Positions 25,492 to 38,731 are shown, counted from the stretch's first letter. The stretch: DNA of 64,000 nt from Harriotta raleighana (GCA_050575255.1 JBNZDD010013687.1:942373-1006372), one strand, 5' to 3'. Numbers and translations are program-made. The notes: generated by a model from the letters alone, not told the origin.

Positions 25492-25562
25492 ATTCTTATG
25501 CTTGCCTTCCCTGGTTATGAACTTACCTCCATGTGAAGACCAGGGGAGGCAAGCATAAGAAT
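25492..25562. repeat. 24-bp near-perfect inverted repeat with 23-nt loop
   Basis: attcttatgcttgccttccctggt / accaggggaggcaagcataagaat, one G-U pair on the + strand. Confidence 0.9.
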
Positions 25563-25724
25563 GCTAACCTTAGCAAACCCTTTTATATTGTTAAATATTG
25601 TACCTCTATTGGATTCCTCTTAAAACAACCCAAAACATGCAAATATTATTATTTTAATCCTATTATTTAAATGCCTGTTTTATTTAATAAACTGTTCTTA
25701 AAAGTTCAAGTAAGGGGATAAGTT

Positions 25725-25965
25725 TGCCTACAAAATACAGTCATTACACTTTACAGTACATTCTTGTAAAACAGTTAGACATGCGCTTCTGACGTGAAAA
25801 GTGCAATATCAAATGGAAAGATTATAAGAGCATAAGAAATAGGAACAGGGGTGGGACATTTGGCCCTTCAAGTCTGCCCTGCCATTTAATAAGATTATGG
25901 CTGATCTTCTAACCTAATTTCATTTACCAGTCCTATCCCTATATCCCTTCATACCTCTATCCTTT
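25725..25965. mobile_element. SINE tail (+) abutting a CR1-type 3' end (-)
   Basis: caatatcaaatggaaagattat, then cataagaaataggaacaggggtgggacatttggcccttcaagtctgccctgccatttaataagattatggctgatc. Confidence 0.65.
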
Positions 25966-27613
25966 AGAAATTCTCATTATTATAAGTTCTCTTTCCTTTT
26001 ATTTTCAAATTTTGCTTTAATAGAAAATAGGAATTAGCAATCTATTGCAATCGTATTAAAATAACATATTTGTTTCCTACTTAATTTCCACTGGTTTGAC
26101 TACAGATTTAGTGCTTGGAATCAATGATATAAGTTGTAGGAAGAAAACAAATGTCACCTCTGGTGTCTGAATTATTAATTGTCAAACAACACAAGTGGAA
26201 GTGAGAAAGTTCCCAAATGTGTCATTTGCACTTAGAAAATATCAGCTTCAGTCATTAACTTTACTTGATGCTTGTGATTTTGAAACCCTTAGAATGACTG
26301 ACCCATTCCCAAGCATGTAAGAACAAACATTGTTTTGAGAGTGCTAGACACTACCCTATAAGATTGTTAAACTAGGCCACCAATTATTTTTAAAGACCAA
26401 TATTCTTTTTACAATTGAATTTAATAGTGGCTACAGAAACCGGTTTTGAGAATTTTCGGTGAGCATCGAATAAATAAAGTAACAGACTTTGCATTGTCAC
26501 TGAGAAAATAGTGTGAAATGTGCCTTTATGCTTTGCCTATGAAAGAAAGATACACATGGCTCGAGAACTTGCAATGCAAAGTAATCATATTACTACAGCA
26601 TTTACACCCTAGTTCTGCTGGTGGTGTAAGTTAATGAACAAAAAGCCGGTAGATGCTATTGCAGGCATCAGCCTCATAGTGGTGTTCATTGGTATGAAAA
26701 GGTTCAAGCACAGTGCACTTTTGGGGAAATTTAGCCCATAAGATGTTAACCAAAACAACTATAAGAGTTTTATTTCTCAATCAATTAAGCAGCCTTTTGT
26801 TCTTATGCTTCTAACCTTTTATTGAGAGCTGCTTAGTTCAAATCTGTCTGGGATGTGATCTGCTGCACAACAAAATTTTGGGGATACAAGAGCAAGTTAT
26901 AAGAGCCTTTAAAACTACTCATAGTAAAATAAGCAACACCAGCTTTTGCATGGGATGATACAATTTTGATATTTATCAATGATTTATCAATAAAATTAAG
27001 ATTTACTTATGTGAAAGCGCTTCAAAGACGGAATGAAGAGCTAAAGAAGTCATTGCCAGCCACAGAAAATTAATGCTGTGTTCCATCAGTAGAGGGCAAT
27101 AACATTCAATTTTGGGATATCAGTGCCCAGTTCCGAAACAACATTTTAACAGATGCTAAAAGGTTTGCAGAAAGGATCAAGCTGGACATTTTCGGAAAGG
27201 ACTGTATTCCACTAGAAGATGTATTGCAATAAGTAAAAACAATTCCAGAAAACATCAATCTGTTATCTATAAGTTTTCATTTGTATATCAGGCGATCATT
27301 TTACTCTGAATTGTCCACAAATCATCATCATCATCATAATAATAACAGTTACATTTGATGTAGCACTGTTCACATTGGGAGGATATTGCAAACCACTTCA
27401 CAAGATATACTCTAAAGTGTAGTGTCTGTGTACTTGTGAACTAGCTTGTGGTCGAATGCCTTATGGGCAATATGCAATGGGTGAGATAAAAAATATTGGG
27501 TGGTATGAGAAATATTGCAATATAATGCATCCCCTTTCACATGGCTCAAATGTAAGGATTTTGTTTTCAATGATCAATTATCCCTCGTGATTATTTTCTT
27601 CTCCTTTCTGTGC

Positions 27614-28591
27614 AATGTATCCTGACTGAAATGTTGGATGAGTGTTCAAGTTGTTCCCAGGCCTCTTGGCAGTTCTGTTGTTTAAATTGTTTAAGGTTTC
27701 TCACACACAAGCTCACAAGCAATTGTACAGTACTTTGGTTTTAGGTGGGTGCTGTGGGGGAGAGGGTTAAGTGTGGGGGAATCTGCGGTTAAGATTGTAA
27801 GCTCGCTGCGGGGATTTGTAGGTACAAATCCATACTTTACCATTATGCAGCACAGCATGTTTCTTTACCAGTGCATTGTGTCACTGAATTACTCATTACA
27901 TATATTAGCTATGACCTTTTGTTCTGTTCTGCTCCTAATGGCAGCCATGTCTGATTTGACAGTTCGATGAAAATTTTATATTTTGGCACTGTTCAAATAT
28001 ATCACAGGTTATACTGTGAAGTATGGTGTCTGAGTGTTTATGGGCAAACATGTGGCTGAATACTTTGTGGGCAATTTGTGCATTGGTTTGTGTGTGTATG
28101 TGTGGGTGGAGGGTGCATGTGTGTGAGGGTGGTTTAATCACGGTAAAACTCATCGCCTGTTCCCATGGTTTAATTGTAAGTTTTAGCTTAAAATAATGTA
28201 GCCGACTGAAATATTGGATGAGTCTCTTAGTTGATCCCCAGCCTCTTAGCAGTTCTGCTCCATAAAGTGTTTAAAGTTGATGACAAACAACTGTGCCTTA
28301 GATTTAGGTGTGTGCTGGTGGGAGGTGGAGTGGGCAGGGGAGGTGGGCTGGGAGAGAGAGGAAAGAATTCTGCCAACCCTTGAGTCCATGGATAAGATTA
28401 TAAACTCGCTGTGCGGGAATTTGTCAACACAAACCCATTCTGTGGCACAGAATGTTTCTTTACCAATGCAATCTATCAATTACGTACAGTATATTAATTT
28501 TGACCTTTTGTTCTGTTCTTCATGGCCACCATGTCTGATTTGATAATTGATGAAAATTTCATATTTTGGTACAGTTCAAAACATAAATCAC
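27614..28591 (+). repeat. diverged direct duplication (27614-28005 and 28195-28591)
   Basis: Collinear shared blocks gactgaaat.ttggatgagt, gcctctt.gcagttctg, atgtttctttacca.tgca, tgaccttttgttctgttct, ccatgtctgatttga and gatgaaaattt.atattttgg.ac.gttcaaa. Confidence 0.88.
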
Positions 28592-28937
28592 TGAATGTTG
28601 ATTTGTTTTTGATATGTCCAAATCACAATAATGTTTGAGAAAGCAGAATTGCATTTACAAGTTTTTTAAATGGGATAAAAGCCACAGGCAACATCTATTA
28701 TATGTGTCGAAATTACATCTTGTACAAGGTGAAGCTGACAATGTATTTTAACACAATTTACAAAATGTGTGACCCTTTAAAAGTAAAATACAAATGTCTG
28801 AATTTGAAATGCTACATTTATTCAAGATGAATACTCTTAGTAATTCTAGATACCTTCTACATTTCAATTCAGTGCATTGTGTTCAGAATTCACTGAACAA
28901 AAGTCAAACTAATGTATTGTTTCTTAAATTACTACAG

Positions 28938-28999
28938 AATATCAAGCTGCCATTTTACAGTTAAAAAGAGAACACAAGGAAGCTACAGAAAACCTACAG
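28938..28999 (+). CDS. FMN1: FMN1 exon (EYQAAILQLKREHKEATENLQ), coiled coil
   Basis: Acceptor actacag, donor CAG|gtaaga. 62 nt, phase 1 to 0. Confidence 0.95.
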
Positions 29000-31279
29000 G
29001 TAAGACATTCATACATCTGCAAATGAGACAATATGTAATTTAAGGTATTGTGTCATTTAATTTGTTTTAACTATGTCAAGATGTTACCGATACAACTTAG
29101 ATCTTCAGTCCTTAAAACAGCTTTCTTTCAGGTATGTGTTATTTCTTTGGAAAATTTGAAAAAGGAATACTATATTGACTATTTTAGCAAGATAGACAAT
29201 GTGGGGCTGAATGAAATATAAGTGTAAGACAGTAGATACCTGGACAGCAGGTGCTTAGCTGACTCACTCTGCTAAGTAGATTTACTAGAACCTACCCTCC
29301 CACCACCTCTGTAATTTCCAACGCTCTTAGAAGTTATCCTGCAAGAAAGGTGCCGTATAAATGCAAGTTGTTATTATATTTTTGTTTTAAAACAATTGAG
29401 AGAGTCATTTTCGCATTGGGCACTTGGACAAGGGAGTCACTCAGGGAAATTTGCCAATTTTCTCAAATAGCCAGTCCGTCCCCGATAGTCGTTGTCACTA
29501 CAACTTTGAAGGGATTCCTTACTGAGCTGGTGCAGCTCAGCCATTTTCCAGCCCAATTTTGAACTCAACTGGACCGTTTGAAATTTATAGGGGTTGAGTG
29601 GTTCAATAGCTGATTCAGAAGCGTGAAAAGATCATTGATGCAGGTGGTTCACGATTGGCTGTTACTTTTTCATTGCCTCTTATAAATTTGCATTTTTTTT
29701 ACAGTCCAAACTTAGGAATGCCGCTCACTTGGGCAATTTCATTAGCAGGTCCTTTAAAGGTTCAAAAAGCATGTTTTGCACTTTTGTTTTAATGATCTGA
29801 AGAATGTCAGACCTGGGATCTTTATGACAAAGATCCAGTTCTAAAGGGAAATCACTGATGTGTATAAAATCACAATCAGAACTTTTCTGTCATAACTCCC
29901 TCACGCTAAACTAAAGAGCTATAAACTTCACTTATTTTTATATATAGTTCAAGGATTTTTGAAGTAATATAAAACGTTGTGTTGGCTTAACTCCACCATT
30001 TAGTGTACTAGAATATGATGTATTAGTGGGATTATGTTAAGGAGAATTTATAGCTGTGAAATTTCATGATGATTCACTTTCTGAGAAGTATCTGTGCACT
30101 TCAGACAACTGTCAAAATGTTTAGCTTGAAATGACAGAATATCATCATCTTAAAAACTGATGAGTATTTGCATAGCTAGTAAAATAAGTTGTTTCCCTTA
30201 ATAAGAAACAGAATATATTCTGCAACTCTGGTTCAGTTTATATGTTTTACAGCAACGACTTTTAATAAATCAAATTAAATTGAGATGAAAATCTGACGTG
30301 ACAGAGTGTTGCATGAAAGCCCACATTAATAAGCATTTGGAACTTTTCCTTGGAAAGATTTAGACTGTGAAAGGAAAGTTATTTGCATTCTTAAATGACG
30401 ATAGTTTGAATTGTGAGAGCATTCAAGTTCACTATAAAACACAATGCTAACTCTGCCTACCTTTTTCAACCTAATGTATTTATTTCCCTGATTTATTACT
30501 TACATGTATCTAGTAGATCTTCCATTGACTGTAGAAGCAATTATTTATGAGCTGTCACAGTTTAGATATCCTCTTTCATGAGCAGAAAAACTATTTTAAT
30601 ATTCTACCTGTAACATTATGATGATTACATGGTGGGGGTGGAATTTATGATATGGCATTACCGATCTAAAATTTGGTTGATCAATGTATGGTAAATTCCA
30701 AATAATGTAACCTGGCTTAATTTGCCACTATTATTAATGCATCTCTGCTGTGAAAGCTCTACAATAACGGCCCAAGGATCATTCAGTCGTGAATCAAGGT
30801 ACATGGAAGATGTGTGAATCATCGGGTATAAAACAATCAAGTGCGTTACTGGACAAGAAAGACAATGTTACACAATAAGTCAAAAGCTGCCAAGAGGTTT
30901 ATACAGTGGCTACGGAGGGAAGATTGACGCTTTATTTCATTTATTGCAATGTAATGTAATGCCAATCTTTCCTTTTTTTCTTAAAATTGATCACAGTAAG
31001 TAATCACTTTGAACATTTACAACCTACATCATGTTAGAACTATACATGGCCATTACCCATATTTTCGGACTACTGTACTTCTGTGCACAATTGAAAACAT
31101 GAGCACAGTTTGGCTTTGTTAGTAAATTTAAACAAACTATGTTGTTTCCTTTCATTGTTTACTGCCTCTTTGACCTGTGAAGTGCTCAGAATGTTCCCCT
31201 AAATTCTTGCTTAAGAAGATTATCCAATGAATAAAAATTTCTCCTGGAGTCATAGCAAAAAACTTCACCCCAAGTAAAA

Positions 31280-31430
31280 TTGGGCATTATATTCATTGTT
31301 GTTTATGGAACACTGCTGTGTGCAAATTGGCCAACAACATCAAAATACAGTACCTACACTCTACAATAATTTCAGTAAAGTGCTTTGAGATACTTTGAAG
31401 ACATGATAAACTGCTATATCAAATGCAGTT
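31280..31430 (+). mobile_element. old DeuSINE 3' fragment
   Basis: cattgttgtttatggaacactgctgtgtgcaaattgg...tgctatatcaaatgca. Confidence 0.7.
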
Positions 31431-31845
31431 ATGTCCATACAAAATGGATTTCCAGTATGTGCTGGTGCTGAGTTCAGCAGGATTGGCCCTAAGGGTTGTT
31501 AAGAACTCTGTAGATTCAGATGATGTAAGATACAGCAATACAAATTAGAATGCGCTTACAACACTGCAGTAACACGAACAAATCTACCTCGCCTTATTCT
31601 TAAAATATTTTCTGCTGAAACACGTTTATATTTATATTAATCACCATGTAGGCTGCCTCATTAAGTTGACAATTTATTTTCAATTAGTACCAATTATTGC
31701 ACATTGTACTGTGGACTTGTACCCACAAAGAACTGAATTAAAACGATTCAAATGTATTGAACTCTTCCAAGCATGAAAGGGAGAGAAAACTTTTATCCCA
31801 TCAATCTGGGTTTGATTGTCAGCCAACTCCCAGAAGTGAAAGGAC

Positions 31846-32167
31846 CAGAGGCGTTTTTAAGACTTCAAACCACTCGGTGCAATTTTCTTAGGGGGCCTGT
31901 CACTGATGGTAAGTTTAATAAGTACGTACACGCAATTTTATTTTATGTGAAAATTAACTTTCAGCGGGTGCGATGCCTCTTTAGGTGGACTGCCTGCTCC
32001 GCTGGGCTGGGGAGAGCTCTGGTTTTCGCTGGATTTAACAAAAGATAAGAGCACAGCACACTCAAATCATCCCATTTCGATGATTTTTTGCATTACTTTG
32101 GGGGTTTGCAATATGAGGGGCCCATCGATGCGTTGCACTGATTGCACCAACATTAAAAACGCCTCTG
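31846..32167. mobile_element. non-autonomous hAT-type DNA transposon (MITE), 322 bp
   Basis: Perfect 15-bp TIRs CAGAGGCGTTTTTAA / TTAAAAACGCCTCTG. Perfect 8-bp TSD GAAAGGAC at 31838-31845 and 32168-32175. Confidence 0.92.
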
Positions 32168-32761
32168 GAAAGGACCCTGTTCTAAACCCCTGCAGACACT
32201 ATCAATCGCGCCTTTAGACATTATGTCACATCTTACTTACTGAAATCTGATGTTTATTTAAGAGATCCGCTCACTTGTTTATATAAGAGACCAGCACAAA
32301 GATTTTGCCTAGTTGTTGAATTAAACTTTCACAATTACTGTAAAATCTTTTTATCCCTTGTTTAAAGCTGTAATGTACTACAGGATTCAGTCAAAGACCT
32401 TTTATGGCAAACAAGTAGAAAACTCTGCTTCAAAGCAGTAGATCTGAGTCAGTCAACTGAGATGCCTTTTCGGCACCTTTGTGATTTAAATCCATTTATG
32501 AGGCTGGGTTGTCCAAACAGTTTGAGTAATGTCAGACAGCTCGAGTTGGCCTTCTGAGGTTAAGTTTCATCCTGAAGTTTACAAGTTTGCATTGGTACCG
32601 CAACTTGCTTGATGTCACCAGACATCAGTCCGGAGAGCAAGAACATGCCCACAGTAGACAAGCGTTTAGGCAGTACTGAAGCTGCATGTTATGCAGCATG
32701 TTACACACAGAAGAAAAATAACATGCCCTCATCAGACGTTATTGATCCAAATAAGATTACA

Positions 32762-33670
32762 GCAACAACAACAACAAAATTACACTTGTGTAATGCCTTT
32801 CACGTCAGGAGGATGTCCTAAGGCGCTAGACAGCCACTGTTTCATATCCGAGCTGGGGTGGGACGGGGTGGTTGGGGGGAAAGTAGGGGATTTGGGGTGA
32901 CCGATGGGACTGTCAAAGAGGAGGGTCTTGAGACGGAACTTGAATGAGGCCAAGGAGGGGGGCTAGGTGGAGGGACTGCAGAATGGAGTTCCAGAGGTTG
33001 GGGGCAGTGTGGCTGAAGGCTTACCTGCCAATTGAGGAGCTGGTGGGTCGGGGCACATGGAGCAGGCCGGAGCCTGTTGAGCAGAAGCTCCTGTGGCTCA
33101 GTGGTTAGAGCACTCGCCTTACATGCCTTACAAGCATGAGGCCTGTGTTCGAATCCAGGCAGATCAGAGCGAAACCTTGGGCAAGTTTCCTTACTCCACA
33201 TGCCTAATAATAATCCCTCCAAAAAAACTACAATAATAAAATTGGTCATTTCAATCCATGCCTGTTTGTGGGACACTGCTGTGCGCAATTGGCTGCCGCG
33301 TTTCGCCCACAAATACTCTGTGAAGCGCTTTGGGGCGTTGATAAGATGTGAAAAGCGCTATATCAAATGCAAGGATTATTATTATTATTATTATTATAGA
33401 AGGAGTGGATAGGTTGGTAGGTGGTTAGGAGGTCGCAGAGGAAGGGTGGGGCGAGGCTATGTAGGGCTTTGAATGTGAGGACCAGGATCTTTGGGTGATG
33501 GGGAGCCAATTGAGTTGGGCGAGGATGGGGTCACAAAGCTTGGAGTGGAAGAGGAAAGTTCTGTATTATCTGCAACCTATGGAGGGAGGAATTGGGAAGG
33601 CCGATAAGCATACCATTGGTGTAGTCGAGCTGGGATGTGATGAAGATGTGAATGAGGGTTCCAGCAACCA
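32762..33670 (-). mobile_element. L2 LINE 3' portion (ORF2 C-terminus and 3' UTR), interrupted by a SINE
   Basis: Minus-strand translation TLIHIFITSQLDYTNGMLIGLPNSSLHRLQIIQN...KILVLTFKALHSLAPPFLCDLL, with (caa)n tail at 32762. Confidence 0.88.
33084..33397 (+). mobile_element. young SINE nested in the L2
   Basis: Intact A and B boxes, 9-bp ccttacatg duplication, short internal deletion after cccacaaata, (tta)n tail. Confidence 0.92.
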
Positions 33671-36600
33671 AGAATATAGTGCTTTTAAAAATGTAAAATA
33701 AATAAACAAATTTTTATAATTAGAGCTTTTGAATCCATCTTTTTATCTCAGATAATGATGCCTGAACAAAACAGCACTGAATGATTGCAATGCAGAATTT
33801 ATAATTTATTGCTCCGAGATCATTATTTTTACCACCTTATTCCAGTTTTAAAGAGGCTTATTCACTCCCATAAAGTTGGCCAAGCTTTTTCCTATTGTTT
33901 TTCCTGTGGAAACCTCTAACGTGTTGATGCTATTTCCCCACTGTGATGCAGTCATTCTGGTTCGAAAAACATTGATGTATCACTTAGTCTGAAAGAGAGT
34001 CATGAGAAAGTGGTGTAATACATTACAATGTAATTTTATACACTCAGCCAAAATGTTTACATTCTGAAAGCTTTACTCACTCATCACAATGGCAACGTTT
34101 CTGGATTCTTTCCTTCCTCATAATGACAGTCCACATTTAATTAAAAACGTACCCATGTGACTGAATTGTGTTCCATCACATTTCACATAATTCACACAAT
34201 TACAGGTTTAATTCAAATAACGTAGAATTATGTCTAAACCAGGCTGTTTGATCCGTGGCACTTGATAAACTTCATCAATAGTTCTAAGGCTGTCTCTTCC
34301 TGTTATAATTACAATAGTGGAGGCGACAATACTGAATAGCCAGGTCAACGGGTTCATGTGATCTACGTTTGCGCTGGCAGACGCATGGGAGTAGGTTGCC
34401 TGTTTGCACTGTTGGGTCGGAAATGGTGCAAAGGGAGACATAAGAAGGACTGATGATTTTCTTAATTATAGAAAAAAAGACATTTAGATTACAGAAGCAA
34501 TGTACAGATTGCTGACCCTTTAAAGTCAGCTCTTACGCTGTTTGCTTTCTTCTTTATGTTTTGTGATGGAGTGATGAATGGATGGTTTAAATTCACTCTA
34601 CTGTGTGTAAGTAATTCCTGGGAACTAGCCAGGAATACAGGTTAATGAGTATGTGTAGATTAATTCGGCGGCATAGGACTTCCAAATAAAGCTATTTAAC
34701 CATGCTGTTGGGAATTGAAAGAGGACAAATAAACTTTGAATCTTTGAAGACTTTAAATACCAGAGTTGCGGTCTTAGTTTCATTATTGACTCCATTAGAA
34801 GCAGCTGGGCATGCTTCCAGCAGTCAGATCAGCCGCATGGTTGAAATATGGTTTAGACTTGAACTGGCACTTTTCTTTTCTGCTATTTTACATTTTTTTT
34901 GTAAAATTTCAATTTTCACTTTGGATTCACTTTTTTTTTTCTATTCCTTCCCACAACTATCTCATTTCTTTGTATTATCAAGTACAAATATGAATACTGT
35001 AATTTCAATAAATTCAATAAGACTGATTATCTTAATACTGTATACTGCTGAGTGATTTCAGGTGCTGTGTATCAGGATTTACAGTGTAGGAGCTAAGCGC
35101 CTTGGGACGTCCTCCTGATGTGAAACGTGCTCTATAAGTGTAATTTTGTTGTTGTTGTTGATGTGAAGCGATAACTATCAAGTGACTGCCTTAAAAATCA
35201 TAATGCTAGGTTTGGTCCATTAGGTACTTGAGAATACAATAGTTTGAAATGTGTGTTAGTGTGTTCTCACAGTAATGAGAATGCAGATCTGTTTAAAATG
35301 GAAGTGTCCTTAAACGTTTCCCTTACCATATCTTGCCACAAGATAGAAACCAAATATCAATGTGGAAAGTTTTCAGTTCTTGCTCTTCATCTCAGGTAAA
35401 ATCCACACCCTCCCCATCAGTCAAATACAGTGCACTGCAGATGAATTGGACAAAGGCATTATTTCCCACTCACAATTCATTCCGTTTGCGAAACCTGATC
35501 TGCTCCAAAACCAGTTTGGTTCTTTCTGCTGTACGTTTGTGGTTCTGTATTTCTGAGCATCTTGTAAAGGCATCATATATGTTCTTCCTGATTTCATTGG
35601 ATTCCACACATCCTAAAAAACAATGAATTGTATAAACTGTTAGTTTAGGAATTCATTATTTACAAGCAGCATCGTTTTACTTGGAAGCATCCCGTATCTT
35701 GATGGACCTGTATACCTTATAAGGATTTACAAAGAATCCACTGCATGGAAACAGACCTCTCAGCCCATCTAGCTCATGCCTGATGTCTATACTTCTCACA
35801 AGCTAACTCACTATTCTAGCACAAACTTGCGTTAAATTTCATAGCAGTCATCAGAAACATATTGTTATATTTAATGAATTCCCAGTTTCATCATCTAAAA
35901 ATACTTAATCACAATGTAGATCCTTCTTAAGACAATGAAACGAAAGACTGCTTGATTTTAATACAAATCTTTATTGGAAAGCATCTCAGAATTATTCTAA
36001 AACTGACCCCAAGTTTGTCTGTCACTTATTATCTGCCATTTCTGTGGCTGAGGTAGATCAAAGGAGTCAACAGTTTTGAAACTATAAGGATGCTTTGATC
36101 GTGTCAGAAAGGTCATTTTGTAAAAAGAGTTTTCTGGTAAGTCAAAAAATGTGAGATTTTCCTAATTACAATATTGTAAAGAATTCAAGAATTTAGCTTC
36201 AAAGCTTTTTGCACATGAAACAGTAAAATATCGAGTCATTCCTATCGAAAATGGTATCCTGTAAAGAAAGGGGGATCAAAGCAAAGTGAAGCAAGGTTTC
36301 AATGGGAGGAAACTAATTTGAGATCAAGACCAAAATAAGTAAACGTGGGTTGGTAAGAAGGTTAAACATTTCTCCCACTATTTTACAAATGAAGTTAAAT
36401 TACATTTTTGTTGTAACAAATATCAACTGGCATTTTGACGTTTGTGATGGTAAGTGAATGAAGGGTATTAGATACATTGAGAGCGAGATCTCTTTGTAAG
36501 TAATATTCAACATTTAATTGCAAACAGAGCACTTTAGCTGTGAATGCATGCAGATGACAAGACGATGAGGTGTTACAAATACAATGATTTCCATTGACTT

Positions 36601-38473
36601 TATGGAATCCCAGAATAGCAGCATTTTTCTCAGTTTTATTTTTCATTTTAAATCTTAAAGTGAAATTATTTTACAAATGCATTTATCAGTTTGGATCAAG
36701 TGTAGCTCATGTTGCAATCTCTTGCATGCTGGTTTTTCAGCCATTCTGTCCCACAAGAGGCTGGATCTCAAGCCAGGCATCCCTTTACCTTGATCTCTTC
36801 CTTCCCAACTACAACATTTTTGACTGTACTTTCAGCTACCTAATCTCTCTTCTCCACAGCCTCCACCACTCTGCTTCTCAAACAGCTGTGTGAAGCGAAA
36901 TATCCTCCCAAATAGAAGGTATAAATGTAAATCGGTATTGTTATTGTTATCAGAATCATTCTCTATAGAACAGGTGGTACAAATAACTGTGTCCATCTGA
37001 GATATAACTTCTTTCAGCAATATTGGTGAAGCAATCTTATATTCAAAACAAGTTGATAAAATCTTGAGCTAAGACTTTATGGATCTACTATTTACTAACT
37101 AATGTCAACACACTCTTCTAGAGAAAATAGTAAAGTTGGTATTTTGGAATGACGAGATTGTGTCCCGAAGGAACCTTCTTCGTTTGAACCTGAGGAAAGG
37201 ATTTTTTTTATCCTTTGCCGGGCTACAGTTTTAATGTATAGTTAGAATGAATGAGTTTTAACCATGTTACTCACATTGTGTTTTAATCCATTTTAAACTT
37301 GATTGCTGAAATACCAAATAAAGAGGTTAGTGTGAGCAAGTAAAATAAATCAAACTTACTTAAATTGTGAAAAAATGGTATTCCAGCAATAAAACATTCA
37401 AGTAGATTATTAGCTTTAATTTGGGCAACAACGCTTGTTCAAATTGTTGTCAAAAAGGTAGAACTTTCTTCTTATTGAAGTAAAATAGATACTTTGGGAG
37501 CTAATGGTGTCCAGATGTAAACTGTTTCTTCTAATGCCAGCTCAATACCATTAAACAGCATCTCTGCTTGATATTGCACAGATGCCATTCGTAATAAACC
37601 ATGCCGTTTAACAAATGAAAATCTCCATTCAAGCGAGTATGAATGTTTCTCTTAATTAAAGTTAATATCGTTTGATTGGGAAGAAATGGCTTAAACGTGT
37701 TTGACACAGAGAATCTTACTTTTGAATTTCATAATTCTCTTTTTAGTTATGTCAAAACAGAGAAAGACCTGCACCTTTATGTTTTTCATTCCAAATAAAC
37801 TCAGTTTTATTTGATGTATCTCAGCAAGGGGCAGATTTTACGCATTATTTAATCACCTCAGAAATCTGAAGAACTCCTGTTTTGTTTTTGCTGCCCTATT
37901 ATCCTTATTGCTCAAAGTCCATCCAGTTAATTTCCTTTTACCTGCATCAGTGCAAATTCAACTTGCCTGATCTGAATTGGACAAATGGGGAAAATCATTT
38001 GTTGCACTATCCAACAACAAGTTATCATTGACTTCTACTGCAAGCCATGCAGATTTCATCTTTAGAAGTTACGGTTCTCTTCTCGTTGAACTTAAACAGC
38101 TTCTAAAAGGATTTTTTTCCACAAATGGGAATGAAACTACAGACCATCTAAGGGGAACCGATTCAAAGGATTTAATTATGAAGGTCATGTTAAAAGTTAC
38201 TGCCTCAATCAGGCTAGTTGATGCATGGATCCCTGTGCACCTCATGCTATTCCCATAATTTAAGGAAGAAAACAGTTGCCTGATATTATTATATGTACTT
38301 GGATTCTGTGTAGTTTATCTTTTTATAGGGCACAGCCATAACCACTCTCCCTCCCCACAGAGTTGTCCAATAGAGCTGGTGCATTCCGAGTGCTAATTTT
38401 AGCCATTAGTTTGGGGAAACTGTTATGCACGTTCTACATATTCATGCTGCATATGCATAGAAATGTTTCTTTG

Positions 38474-38731
38474 TTTGGAGTGGAATGTGCACTCTCTCCC
38501 CGAAGTATCCACCTAAATCTGGAGCGTATTAGGCACAGGTTCACGAGAGCCAAAATTTGGGATCCCCATAGTGTGCATTGGGTAACTGTTAAGAGTTTAA
38601 TCAGTTAAAAGCGCATAGTTTACCATATGGGAAGCTTCCCGCTGTTTGTCCAACTAGGACTATGCTAGTTGTTAGTACTAAGGACTGCAAAGTTAATAGG
38701 AGCCGAGTGGGAAAAATCCCTGCCTCAGTGA
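38474..38731 (+). mobile_element. palindromic repeat family copy
   Basis: ggagtggaatgtgcactctctccc...tattaggcacagg...gagccaaaa...ccccatagtgtg...gagtgggaaaaatccctgcctcagtga, collinear with 11871-12148. Confidence 0.65.

Noticed and set aside
28548-28594. TGATGA...CTGA as a C/D box snoRNA
   Set aside because: Under 50 nt between the boxes, and the box C is altered in the paralogous copy (ttcgatga).
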